A stretch of DNA of 64,000 nucleotides from Eledone cirrhosa (Eukaryota): NCBI GenBank assembly GCA_964016885.1, contig OZ024742.1:180358001-180422000 (forward strand). The letters run 5' to 3'. The position numbers and the translations under genes were made by a program. Under the pieces are notes generated by a model. The model was not told the DNA's origin. It was given only the letters and a program-made list of their open reading frames with translations, and searched no databases. The first letter of the stretch is position 1. Each line of letters starts with the position of its first letter. Below are positions 1 through 14,253 of this stretch, one piece after another.

Positions 1-311
1 GGTCAGAACATTACATCTCTCTCTCTCTCTGTATAACACATGCAAGTGTTGAAAAATTAAATGACAATTATGATTATATATATATAAATACATAGAAGCA
101 TGCACACATACACACATATATGCACATTGCAGCTCTCTGCATAATATCTGTCAACCATGTTCCGTTCTCAAATTATTGGTCAACTCAAGGCAATGGTAGA
201 AGACAATTTATTTATGACAATGCAGCTGAATCAATTAAGTCAATGGAAACCTAATTAAATTGTTACTGACATAGTCACATGCAGTAGAAGAATGTTAATT
301 TTTATTTATAG

Positions 312-500
312 TAATAATAATAATTGTTTCTACTTTAGGCACAAGGTCAGCAATTACCCACTGGTACTTTATTTTATCAACCCTGTAAGGATGAAAGGCA
401 AAGTCAACCTCGGCGGGATTTGAACTCAGATCGTAAAGGGATGTAACTATGCTGGAAAGCATGGCGTCCGACCCTCTACCGATACTGCCAATCCACTGCC
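312..500 (-). mobile_element. tRNA-derived SINE (family A)
   Basis: Minus strand has A box TGGCAGTATCGG, B box GTTCAAATCC, a body shared with many other copies in the window and a (TTA)n tail. Confidence 0.85.
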
Positions 501-530
501 CTTTCTATAGTAATAATAATAATAATAATA

Positions 531-1505
531 CAAATATGTGACTGACAGTAGGGAGCCAATGCTCAGAATACTGAAAGAGAGGACAATAGACCAGGGGATG
601 TCCAAAGAGGAAATAACAACAAAGAGGAAGAGCAAACTTCATAAAAAATCCCTTCATAGTACTTTCTTTAAGAAAACTGAATATAGAGATCCACAGACAT
701 TGAACTGGTTAAAAAGAAGAGAGCTTATAAAGGCTACAGAATGAATGCTAATGGCTGCGCAAGAGCAGGCCCTCAGAACGAAGTGGGTGAAACACCATAT
801 TTACAAGGAGGAGGCTAGCCTACTGTGTAGGATCTGTGGAGAGAGAGAGGAGACTGTGGCTCACATTGTATCCAAGCGTAAACACCTAGCCCAGACTCAC
901 TATAAAGGCTGGAGACATGATGTGATGGGCAAGGTGATCCACTGGCACCTAAGCAAAGTAAACAATTTGCCATATTCTGAGAAGTGGTATGAGCATAATC
1001 CAGAGTCAGTGATAGAAAACGATCAGGTGAAGGTGCTATGGGATTTTAGGATACAGACGGATAAGAAACTGGAACACAATAGGCCTGACCTGGTTGTTTT
1101 GGACAAGGAAAAAAGATCGTGCCTGATTGTAGATGTAGCCTGCCCATTTGACATGAGAGTGCAAGAAAAGGAGAGGGAGAAAATTAACCGATACCAGGAC
1201 TTAAAGTGGGAGGTAAAAAGGATTTGGAACTGCCATGAAGTCAGAGTCATCCCGATTGTCATAGGCGCACTAGGTACTATCTCAAAGAGTTTCCAAAGAT
1301 GGTTAAAGAAAATTAGTCCAGCCTCGCATTTTGGAACACTTCAAAAGGCATGCTTGCTGGGAACAGCAAGAACCCTCCGATACGTCCTAAATATCTGAGG
1401 CTGCAGGTAGCGGTTAGATATTCATTTCAACAAACTTTCCAGTTAAATAACATCAATGACTGAAACTCAAAGAACAACAATAATAATAATAATAATAATA
1501 ATAAT
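531..1505 (+). mobile_element. 5'-truncated R4/Dong-type (RLE) non-LTR retrotransposon
   Basis: ORF 745-1398 has a degenerate CCHC knuckle (CRICGEREETVAHIVSK), RHD motif and PD-(D/E)xK nuclease (RPDLVV..DVACP..EK); flanked by (TAA)n; one in-frame stop at 742-744. Confidence 0.9.
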
Positions 1506-1686
1506 TGTTTCTACTTTAGGCACAAGGCCAGCAATTACCCAGTGCATTACTGGTACTTTATTTTATCGACCCCGTAAGGATGAAAGGCAAAGTCAACCCC
1601 GGCGGGATTTGAACTCAGATCGTAAAGGGACGTAACTATGCTGGAAAGCATGGCGTCCGACCCTCTACCGATACTGCCAATCCACC
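1500..1686 (-). mobile_element. tRNA-derived SINE (family A)
   Basis: Near-identical to 312-500. Confidence 0.85.
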
Positions 1687-1712
1687 AATATAATAATAAT
1701 AATAATAATAAT

Positions 1713-2372
1713 GATTTCTTTATTAACCACAAGGGTTTACATAAAGTAGACATTAAGGACAGTGCAGGACAATACAGGACGGTACAAATTGGCATTTCTA
1801 CGTGTAAAAAACAAAAACAGAGGATGTAACAAAAAAATAACAATGAAAAATTCCCCAATAGGTGGGAGACTTCGGAAGGACATTTGTGGAGAAAGCCCAG
1901 TAACAAGGCCACAGTGACCCTGATCACCAAGGCAAGTGCCCTCTCCCAGTTTTCCACCTTTAATTTACAGATACGTACTCAGAGTAGGCCCATTGACTCG
2001 GGCCATTCTTGCCTCTCTCACCCATCTTTAAACAAAATGCTGGGAAGCGAGCACTTCCCTCTCTACCCTGATTTTCCTTTTCAAATGAAATTTGAAAAAG
2101 TCAATCAGGGCATCACCGAAGAGGTAACTGCTCGTCATCAGCCCTTTCAAACGTGTCCACCATACTATCTCTTTCGCCATGGCCACCAGACAGATAAAAA
2201 CTGCCTGCCCTTCCCGGCTAAAGGAAGAGGGCGGGGCAATCCTCACGATGGACTCAGATGATAGCCGGATCCGTCCTACACGCGACAGCAGGTGTTCGAC
2301 ATAAACCAACAAGTCAGCAATTTTCGGACACTGGACGAGTGCGTGCAGGACGAGTGTGTGCATGCGTAAAGC
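1713..2372 (-). mobile_element. 3' fragment of an L1/Tx1-like LINE
   Basis: Minus-strand translation HALVQCP...AKEIVWWTR...FFKFHLKRKIRVER resembles a Tx1-type ORF2 C-terminus; followed by a T-rich 3' UTR; flanked by (AAT)n. Confidence 0.7.
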
Positions 2373-2394
2373 ATAATAATAATAATAATAATAA

Positions 2395-4527
2395 CATCCC
2401 TCAACCCGAAACTGACAACCATGTTCAATGACTGCTTGATGTTGGGTGAGGTACCAGAGTGGTTGACAAAAGGTACCACAGTTCTGGTAATGAAAGACCA
2501 AATCAAGGGTAATGATGTTACCAACTATAGACCTATCACATGTCTGTCCGTAATGTGGAAATTGTCTGAGGAAATCTACCATCACCTCCACATAAACAAC
2601 TTGTTACCGGATGAACAGAAAGGATGCCGAAAGAAGACCCATGGTACAAAAGTCCAGTTACTTATTGATAAGATAGTAATGAGGAATTGCAAGAGGAGAC
2701 ACACTGGTCTTGCCATGGTATGGATAGATTACAAAAATGCATTCGACATGGTACCTCATTCTTGGATAACCAAAAGCCTAGAGATCTTCAGGGTGGCAGA
2801 TAACATCAGACAGTTGTTGAGCAAAAGTATGAAGTCCTGGGAAATAGAGTTAACATCAGCTGGAGAATCCTTGGGAGGCGTGAAGATCAAGAGAGGTATC
2901 TTCCAGGGAAATAGTTTATCTCCTCTGCTGTTTGTCCTTGCCCTGATACCCCTGACCATTATATTGCGAAAAGTGAGAGCAGGATACAAGTTGGGAAAGG
3001 AAAGCTTACCATCAACCACTTCCTCTTCATGGACGATCTTAAACTCTTTGGGGAGAGTGAGAAGGAGTTGGATGTACTTGTTGACACTGTCCGTATTTTC
3101 AGCAATGATATATGTATGGAATTTGGTATTAATAAGTGTGGAGACTTAGTGATGAAGAGCGGTAAATTGAGCAGAAGCAACGGAATCCAGGTACCAACAG
3201 GTGAGATGATAAAGGAAATTGACACTGAAGAAGGATACAAATATTTAGGTGTTCTGGAGGCAGATGATATCAAAAACAAAAAAATGAAGGAATTGATAAG
3301 ATCTGAGTACATTAGGAGAGTAAGGAGCGTATTAAAATCACATCTAAATAGTAGGAATGTCATAAGTGCAGTGAATTCCCGAGCAGTGCGGGAATTCTGA
3401 AATGGAATGTTGCTGAACAAAAAGAAATGGATAGGAAGACTAGGAAGCTATTGACTATCTACAACATGTTCCACAAGAGGACGGATGTTGATAGATTCTA
3501 CTTAAAGAGATCTGAAGGTGGAAGAGGTCTTATCAGTATAGAGAACTGTGTTCAGATGGAGAAAAACATCCTGTAAAAATACGTGACTGACAGTAGGGAG
3601 CCAATGCTCAAAATTGTACTGAAGTGGACGACAATAGACCAGGAAATAACAACAAGGAGGAAGAGCAACCTTCATGAAAAATCACTTCATAGTACCTTCT
3701 TTAAGAAAACTGAATTTAGAGATCCACAGACATGGAACTGGTTAAAAAGAGGAGAGCTTATAAAGGCTACAGAAGGAATGCTAATGGCTGCGCAAGAGCA
3801 GGCCCTCAGAATGAAGTGGGTGAAACACCATATTTACAAGGAGGAGGCTAGCCGACTGTGTAGGATCTATAGAGAGAGGAGACTGTGGCTCACATTGTAT
3901 CCAAGTGTAAACACCTAGCCCAGACTCACTATAAAGGCTGGAGACATGATGTGATGGGCAAGGTGATCCACTGGCACCTAAGCAAAGTAAACAATTTACC
4001 ATATTCTGAGAAGTGGTATGAGCATAAGCCAGAGTCAGTGATAGAAAACGATCAGGTGAAGGTGCTATGGGATTTTAGGATACAGACGGACAAGAAATTA
4101 GAACACAATAGGCCTGACCTTGTGGTTTTGGACAAGGAAAAAAGATTGTGCCTGATTGTAGATGTAGCTTGCCCATTTGACACGAGAGTACTAGAAAAGG
4201 AGAGGGAGAACATTAACCGATACCAGGACTTAAAGTGGGAGGTAAAAAGGATTAGGAACTGCCATGAAGTCAGAGTCATCCCGATTGTCATAGGCGCACT
4301 AGGTACTATCTCAAAGAGTTTCCAAGGATGGTTAAAGAAAATTAGTCCAGCCTCGCTTTTTGGAACACTTCAAAAGCATGCTAGCTGGGAACAGCAAGAA
4401 CCCTCCGATACATCCTGAATATCTGAGGCTGCAGGTAGCGGCTTGATATTCATTTCAACAAACTTTCCAGTTAAATAACATCAATGACTGAGACTCAAAA
4501 AATAATAATAATAATAATAATAATAAT
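2395..4527 (+). mobile_element. R4/Dong-type retrotransposon, longer 5'-truncated frameshifted copy
   Basis: RT motifs NYRPITCL, WIDYKNAFD, GIFQGNSLSP, MDDLKL, YKYLG, then an RLE domain; 3' part nearly identical to 531-1505; (TAA)n flanks. Confidence 0.92.
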
Positions 4528-4872
4528 TGTTTCTACTTTTGGCACAAGGCCAGCAAATACCGAGTACATTACTGGTACTTTATTGATAATAATTTCTACT
4601 TTTGGCAGAAGGCCAGCAATTATATCAGTGCATTACTGGTACTTTCTTTTATCGACCCCGGTTTCTTATATAGGTACAAGGCCAGCAATTTCGGGGGAGG
4701 GGAAAGTCAATTAAATCGACTCCACTGGGTTACTGGTGTTTTATTTTATCGACCCCATAAGGGTGAATGGCAAAGTTAACCTCAGCGGGATGTAAACTCA
4801 GGCGGTAAAGGGCCATAACTCTATGCTGCAAAGCATAGCATTCGACCCTCTACTGATACTACCAATCCACCA
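4520..4872 (-). mobile_element. SINE family A with repeated 3' segments
   Basis: Several ggcacaaggccagcaa...ctggtacttt units followed by a full tRNA-like head. Confidence 0.75.
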
Positions 4873-4879
4873 CCCTTTA

Positions 4880-5205
4880 TAACAACAATAATAATAAAAG
4901 AAAAGGAAACAAAAAAGAAAAAGTAAGAAAAAAAAGAAAAAACGGGAAGGAGAAGGGATAGCAAGAACTCTAGTGTTGTAGAAAAGAGGGGAGTGGTAAA
5001 GGGGGAGGATGATTGGGCTTTGAGCCTAGGGCATGGAGGCAGAAGGGCTGCACCTGATGGACAAGACTGCAAAAGCATTCCCATGGAGAGTGGCCAGTGA
5101 CACCCGCTGCAACAGCCACCCAACCTTGCAGGTCTCCTTCCTCAAGTGGGCCATCGACATTCCGATCTTGTGGAGAATCTCAGCTGTAGAGGGTCCAAGT
5201 ATGCG
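4880..5205 (-). mobile_element. 3' end of a CRE-like (RLE) non-LTR element
   Basis: Minus frame not in the ORF track: ILGPSTAEILHKIG...WLLQRVSLATLHGNAFAVL, matching the recalled QRISLAxxRGNA C-terminal motif; stop at 5026-5028. Confidence 0.55.
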
Positions 5206-5375
5206 ACATCCTCTGATGATTTAGTGGGAAAGAGCTATAAACAGGTTTGTCAATTCAAATGTTTATAGTATTTTTAGTAGTGGATAAATCATTGTGAAAA
5301 TTCACAGTAAACTAAAGTAAAGACTTTAATAATTGATGCAATGCAACGTTTTTTAAAATATTTCCTTCTGCGTTC

Positions 5376-5451
5376 ACAGATTGACTTTTTTAGTTTCAGA
5401 AGATCCCGTTAAGGGTGAAAGCAGCGATTCTTTGCTTAAACTTTAATCTGT
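5376..5451 (+). ncRNA. Hammerhead-like fold with CAGAAGA core (orphan copy)
   Basis: Same 76-nt motif as 60931-61006; followed by (TA)n. Confidence 0.5.
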
Positions 5452-5476
5452 TATTTTAATAAATATATATATATAT

Positions 5477-6106
5477 CATCATCATCATCATCATCAACGT
5501 TTAACATCCGTGTTCCACGCTTGCATGGGTTTGGACGGGGGTAGTCCCACTTGAGGCAAGAGTGATTGTCTTGCTCGCATAGGACTGTCTGGCAGGTTTT
5601 CTACAGTTGGATGCCCTTCCTAACACCAACCACATTTACAGTGTGGGTCTGGGAGGTTTTTACCGTGTTGCCTACACGGCCACATTACAGCGTGGACTGT
5701 GTGTTTTTTTTGTCGTGACACCTACACGATCTCATTTGTTTCGGCCTGGATGGCGCGGCACCAACATAACTTTACATAGAACGGGGTGGTGTGGATGGGG
5801 TGGGGGTGGTGGCGGGACGGGGTGTATTTTGTTAGAGATGCCTACTGGCAAGGCGGGTCTTCTCTGTTACTGAGTACCGCCAAAGGTCACGGTCCAGTGA
5901 CATTGTCTTGGAGAGGTGTAAGTGTGTGAGGTCGGAGTTTATCAGCTCATCCCATGTTTTTCTAGGTCTGCCTATTCCGTGGCTACCGTCTATCTTTATT
6001 GCCCTGCACTTTGTAATACAGCTATCGACTTTCATGCGCATCACGTGTCCATACCAACGCAGCCTTCTCTCGAGTAAACAACATCTGATCCCTCTTATCT
6101 CTAATT
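5477..6106 (-). mobile_element. RTE-clade LINE 3' end
   Basis: RLRWYGHVMR...GRPRKTW C-terminus, shared 3' UTR, (TGA)n tail. Confidence 0.9.
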
Positions 6107-6109
6107 TTT

Positions 6110-6160
<51 letters not shown>

Positions 6161-6539
6161 CAGCTATTGTTAGAAGAGAAAACAAATGTTAAATTGATGA
6201 TGATGATCATCATCATCATTCTGCATGGTCATATGAAAAGTTCTCCAGGCCTTTACTTTGGCAAGTTAATGAGGGTGATGATGGTGATCATCATCACCCT
6301 CATTAACTTGCCAAAGAAAAGATCTGGAGAACTTTTCATATGATCAAGCAGAATTATATTGCATTGTGCATTATGTTGTGCTACTGTAATGGAAAATATA
6401 TTCACAAACAGCATGGGTGATGATAGAGGGAACAAACTATTTATTGAATGGCATCAGTGAACATCTGCCAGTTTTCATGGTTTATGGCAGCAATTATATG
6501 AAGGTTACAACATTTGTTACTACGATGTGTGTTCCAATT

Positions 6540-6812
6540 GATATAATCAATGGAACAGTCTGCTTGTAAAATTAATCTGCAAGTGGTTGAGTATTCCACA
6601 AACATGTGACCCATAATGTAGTTCTATTGGAGATTCAGCACGATGGAATGTGACAAAGCTGGCCCTTCAAATTACAGGTACAACTCTTTTTTGTCAGCTG
6701 AGTTGACTGGAGCAATGCGAAATAAAATGTCTTGCTCAAGGCCTCAGTGCGCCACTGGGAATCAAACTCCCAACCTTACAATCTTGAGCTGAATACCCTT
6801 ACCACAAAGCCA
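6540..6812 (-). mobile_element. tRNA-derived SINE (family B), diverged
   Basis: Minus strand: tggctttgtggtaaggg...gtttgattccc...ccttgagcaagacattttatttc...gctccagtcaactcagctg core. Confidence 0.7.
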
Positions 6813-7149
6813 TCATTATCATCATTTAAACTTTGCTTTCCATGTTAACATGGATTAGATGAATTGTCAGAGTCCAACACTAAATGTGTCAGTGAGACCA
6901 CATCTTGCACATAATTTCATATTTTGGCATCATTTCTTCAACTGGAAGCCCTTTCAAATGCCACCCACTTTACAGCATGTATGGTATATTTTATCACAAC
7001 ACCAGTGCTAACACTTTACAGAGTGTACTAGGAGTATCTTATCATGGTATCAGCATTAGAGAGGATGCCATGTACTCGGTCCACCCTACATTGTCCACCC
7101 TACATTGTCTCTGTTAATCATTATATATATATATAGAGAATGTAAAAGA

Positions 7150-7925
7150 ATGAATACAGAGGAATGTTTGCTTTTCAAAAATGAATTACTAACAAAAAAG
7201 TGGAAGACAGAATACAAAGGAAATATCAGCAAAATATGAAATATTGCTAAATATATTTAAATCATTGTATGACAAAAGTTATCCAATAAATCAATATATA
7301 TAGAAACCAAAAATATGTAGATAGTCCATGGATCAGAAATGGATTAGAAAATGCTTGCAAAAAGAAAAGAAAACCTATATAGTGAATTCATAATGTATAG
7401 AATTATAGAGATAGAAAAGAAATATAAAAAATATATAAGTATGTTGACTAATATCTTAAGGATATGTAAGAAAGAATACAGTAATAAAATATTGGAGAAT
7501 GATAAAAATGACATTAAAGGTATATGAAGTGTGTTAATAGCATAATAAGAAATGGATCTAGAAACCCAAGTTATCTTCAGTATTTTATTGAAAATATGAT
7601 ATGCTCATGGATGATAAGTCCATGGATGATGTGGTTGATGGTTTACATGTATTCATTCTTTGGTAGAAAAAATATCAATGGTGCAGATACAACTAAACAG
7701 TAGAGACTGATGATGATTATGGGGATAGAAATCTGAGTTCAATTTTTCTTAGTGCAATAGAAGGAAAAGAAATAATGGATATTGTTAGCAAATATAACAA
7801 AACACTTTACTGAATATAATGAAATTGATTTACCAATTGTCAACAAATGTCATTAGATGAATAGCCAAACCTCTAAGTAACATCTATAATTTGTTCTTTG
7901 AAACTGAGACATTTCCAAGCATTAT
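7150..7925 (+). pseudogene. Highly decayed LINE ORF2 fragment (CR1/L2-like, between endonuclease and RT)
   Basis: KYKKYISMLTNILRICKKEY...KNDIKGI and AKPLSNIYNLFFETETFP, with stops and frameshifts. Confidence 0.55.
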
Positions 7926-8299
7926 ATAGAACTGGAAATAAACATTACTTTAGAAATTACAGGTCTGTTTCTTTATTTTCTCAATTCTCCCAGATATTGG
8001 AAAGAACATTTTACTAAAAGAACAGATAGATTTATTGAGATGCACTAATTACTGATTGTCAGTATAGATGCAGAACAAACAGATCAACAACCTCTTTGAC
8101 ACTAATTCAATTAATTGAAGAAATTACTAATTGTACAGACAAAATAAGTATGCTGTGTGTGTGTTTATAGATCTAAAAGAAATATCTTCGCACCATTAAT
8201 CACAATATATTACTCAATAACTTGGAACGATATGGTATTAGATGGGTTGGTCTTAAATGGTTGCAAAGCTATATTTGAGAGGCAGGTAACAATTTCTAA

Positions 8300-9936
8300 C
8301 GATAAAAGTATACCCCTATACTTAGCTTTTGTTGACTTGGAGAAAGCCTTTGACAGAGTCCCCCACTCCATTATCTGGTGGGCTCTTAGAAAACTAGGTG
8401 TTGATGAATGGCTTATGAGAGCTATACAAGCCATGTATAAAGAAACAGTCAGCAAGGTTAGAATTAACAACGAATATAGTGAAGAGTTTAGTATAAAAGT
8501 TGGTGTTCATCAGGGCTCTGTCCTTAGCCCCCTCCTATTTATTATTGCCCTTCAGGCTATAACAGAGGAGTTCAAGACCGGCTGCCCATGGGAACTCCTA
8601 TACGCAGATAATCTAACACTCATAGCTGAATCAGTGGCCGAACTAGAGTATAAATTCCAAATATGGAAGCATCGTCTAAAATCAAAAGGCCTTAAAATTA
8701 ACCTGTCTAAGACTAAAGTTCTAGTTTGTAGGAAAGAAAAAAAAGGGCACCAGTCCCATCTGGGAAATGGCCATGCTCAGTGTGTAGGAAAGGAGTAGGC
8801 AGAAACTCCATTTTATGTTCCAAATGCAAAGTATGGGGTCATAAAAGATGTAGTGGGATCACAGGTAAGCTAACTAAGAATAGAGATTTTATATGTGGCC
8901 GGTGCTCTGGTGCAATAAGTAGCAGCAAGTGCCCACAGAATACTAGCTCATTCCATTGCACAGATAGTTCTATAGGAATAGTGGACACCTTCCGTTACCT
9001 GGGTGACAAAATCAGAAGTGGTGGAGGGTGCTCTGAAAGTACAGTAGCTAGTGTCAGAACGGGATGGAAAAAGTTCAGAGAGCTTATACCCCTATTGGCT
9101 GCTAAAGGGTTCTCTCTAAAAATGAAAGGCAGGCTGTATGATGCCTGCATATGAACAGCAATGTTGCATGGCAGTGAGACCTGGGCATTGTGTGCAGAGG
9201 ATATACGCAGACTGGAGAGGAACGAAGCTTGCATGCTCCGCTGGATGTGTAATAGTAATATACGTGAACGGCAAAGCATAAACGAACTAAGGGAGAAATT
9301 AGGAATAAGAGGGATCAGATGCTGTTTACTCAAGAGAAGACTACGTTGGTATGGTCACGTGATGCGCATGACAGACGACAGCTGTATAAAAAAGTGCAGG
9401 GTGATAAAAATAGACGGTAGCCACAGAGTAGGCAGACCCAGAAAAACCTGGGACGACTTGATAAATTCTGACCTCACACACTTACACCTCTCCAATCAAT
9501 GTCACTGGACCGAGATCTTTGGCGCTACACAGTAACACAGAAGACCCGCCTTGCCTAAGTACAAAGAGAAACCTACACTCAGTAGGCACCTCTAACAAAA
9601 ATACACCCCCGTCCCACTAGCCCCACCCCACCAATGTAAACTTATGTTGGTACCACAACATCCAGTCCGAAACAAATGAGGTCATGTAGGTGTCTCGGCA
9701 AAAAAACACACAGTCTACGCTGTAATGTGGCCATGTAGGTAACACGGTAAAAACCTCCCAGTCCACACTGTAAACATGGTTGGTGTTGGGAAGGGCATCC
9801 AACCGTAGAAAACCCGCCAGACAGTCCTATACGAGCAAGACAACCAATCTTGCCTCAAGTGGGAAAATTCCCATCCAAACCCATGCTAGCGTGGAAGATG
9901 GACGTTAAACGATGATGATGATGATGATGATGATGA
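8300..9936 (+). mobile_element. RTE-clade LINE, 5'-truncated
   Basis: FVDLEKAFDRV, GVHQGSVLSP, YAD(N), FRYLG; 3' UTR and (TGA)n tail. Confidence 0.92.
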
Positions 9937-11839
9937 AATGAACAGAAGTAAACATGAATTAATATTTTTGTTTGAATTTCTGAGAATACATTAACTTAAT
10001 TAAATTATCCTCATTGTGGTTGTTATGATCACAATATTTCAGCTGTTGTACCCTCCAGTCTTCTTCAGAGGAATTATCATTATTATAAACTGATTTATTC
10101 ATCAGACCAGTGTCCTCATTTTGATTGTTATAGTAACAATATTTTGACCATTGTGCTTGACATAATTTTTAGGTACTTGTCATATACAGTAAGAATATTA
10201 AATCTATACAAAACAAAGTTTGATTTAAAGCTTTTAATTTCCATTATACATTTGTCTCATAGGACAGTATCATAGTCAATATAATTGTTGGTTAAATCTT
10301 AAGTGCACTAGTCTATCTGGGAATAGAAATTGGAGTTAAATTTTTCTTAGTGCAGGAAAGGAAATTGTAGACATTGTTAGCATATATAACAAAAATTCTA
10401 CTTAATGAATATAAATTGATTTGTAAATTAGTCAGCAAAAGTTCATTCCAGTTTAATATATGGATATTACTTTATGTTCATATTTATTACAGCTGACTTT
10501 TGTTTTTGTCCTCTCAATTCTATTGAGAGCACACTTTACTTATATCATAGTTATATCATAGACATCTTTATTATAAACACCATAATAAAATGCACACACT
10601 AGACTCTGCAAAGTGGTTGCTGTTACAAAGAGTATACAGCAAAAGAAACCATGCCAAACAAAGTTTTGGGAGTATTCTTTGGTTGTGTCAAGAACACAAC
10701 AACATCATTAGCTATTATAAATTGCATGTACTACACTCTGTAAAGAGTTTGGCTGTAGAAACCATGCCTCAAGTGGGATGTATATAAGCAAAGCATTTAC
10801 ATCCATCCCAGTAGTAAAGCAGTAGTTTCCATTTAAGTACTGACTTTTAGTCTGTTATAACCCATCCAACCCATGCTGGCATGAAAAATCAGATGTTAGA
10901 AAGGAGATGATTATGACGATGATGCTTATAAAGTCAAACCATTTCAGTTTGTTCCACCTTATTATATTGACGATGACACAGGACCGAAATCTCTGGTGTT
11001 ATGCAGTAAAACAGAAGACCTGACCTCCCATGGGCACAGGCCAAAGCTGAAGCATATATACAGTATAAACTGCATTTTGCTGTGATATATTGTGACATGA
11101 TACAATTAAAGTTCTTAATACCAAAACTGCTTGAAACTGCACTTGGCTTCAAGTGGTTTCTGTTAAAAACTGTATATTTTAAAATGTTTTTATTTATCTA
11201 AAAACGTTCCATTATCATTTTATGTAAAAACATTTCTTAAGTTATATTCCAAGCACGAACTTAATGAAAAGAAAGTCAGTTTTATTACTAAATCTTTCAA
11301 AATTCTTGATTACTTTAAAATGATTTAAAAACCATAGGCAGTCTTTCAGTAGAAATATGGTAATGAAATGGAATATTTCTTTTTTTCTCCAGCTGGAATA
11401 TACTAAATACATCATATATAAAATGCATCAACAGTCTTGACCAATAAATACCATATGAAATCAATAAAATATTTAGATCGAACAACCCATCTCTATCCAC
11501 ATACTGTTTATATCACATACACTGTCTATGTGTGTGTGTTCAATCGGGGGTAACCACAGTAAGTCAAGTACTCAATACATTAGTAGAGTATATATGATGA
11601 TACCTTTCGAATGAAACAGTTTTAGTCATGTAGAAACCATTTCTATATTGAATTATACATATATATTTAATACATCATCATCATTATTTAACATCAATTT
11701 TCTATTAGTACAGATGTTGTTATGTCTTGTACACAGCTGAAAAAAATCCTACTTCAAAGTTGGCAGGTTTTCTATGGTTGGATACTCTTCAAACCAGAAA
11801 CAGTTCTGTATCAGCAAGACATGATCACCCAATCTGACA

Positions 11840-11915
11840 TGTCTCACAATGGGACTAATCGTTTAACCCCTGTTAGTGTAGAAATGGACATTAAGCAGTG
11901 ATAATAATGGTGATG

Positions 11916-11957
<42 letters not shown>

Positions 11958-12024
11958 CATCACCATTATTATCACTGCTTAATGTCCATTTAAACGATTA
12001 GTCCCATTGTGAGACAATGTCCAT
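11840..12024. repeat. Inverted duplication centred on a (TA)n tract
   Basis: 11954-12016 is the reverse complement of 11882-11918 joined to 11840-11866. Confidence 0.9.
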
Positions 12025-12083
12025 ATATATATATATATACCTCCGATTCAACCCGGAATAACGTATATATATATATATATATA

Positions 12084-12498
12084 TTGAAAGAACTATTTCA
12101 GCTGCCGACCTCTGCTTGACCGACCCCGTTTCACGCGCACGCGCGCTCTGCTGAATACCTCAGATATTTAAAACAACGAAGAGCGGAGGAGACGTTTCGC
12201 ACCTTTCCGGAAATAAACCCCAGTTGTTGGATGTGAATCCGAAATATATAGGGGAAAATTAAATCTCTCCCAAGGTAACTCTATCTCGTGTTTTTATTTT
12301 TATTTTTATTTTTATTTTTATTTTTATTTTTATTTTTATTTTTATTTTTATCCTTTACGCTCTTTCTTACATTATTCTACACGCCACACATCTCAACGTA
12401 CACCCATTTACATCTCTCTCTCCACCACCGGATCTTGTTACCTGGAGATTTACCCATCTGCATTGTCGAGGCTTCCAAACGACTTAAAGAAATTTACC
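12084..12498. other. CpG-rich unclassified insert between (TA)n tracts, with internal (TTTTTA)n
   Basis: Sharp compositional contrast with flanks; (TTTTTA)n at about 12290-12350. Confidence 0.45.
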
Positions 12499-12899
12499 AT
12501 ATATATATATATATATATAATAACAATCCCCTTTTCTATACACCTCTATATCATTCTCTCTCTCTCATTCCCACTATATATATTTCTCTCACACACACAT
12601 ATTCTCTCTCTCTCTCTGATACAGAAATAATCCATGTAACCAGTTATATTTTCCAAGTTTAATTTCCTAAAAGCTTTATTGATATTTGCCGAAACCAAAG
12701 TTTCCTATTTATTCTTCAGTCAATATCTCCTACAATAAACATGTCTCACTATCTCACAGCTATTATTTACCAAAACTATTGATTCTTACCATTTTTGGAC
12801 GCATTTTTGCTTAGTTTTTCAATGAATATGTTGTTGGTTTTTACTGGCTTTCATAGTCTTATTTATATCGATATTTATTTATGTAGATAATATTTTTGG

Positions 12900-14252
<1,353 letters not shown>

Positions 14253-14253
<1 letters not shown>

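Noticed and set aside
312-500. tRNA genes at SINE heads
   Set aside because: A and B boxes are present but are followed by the SINE body and tail; no complete cloverleaf seen
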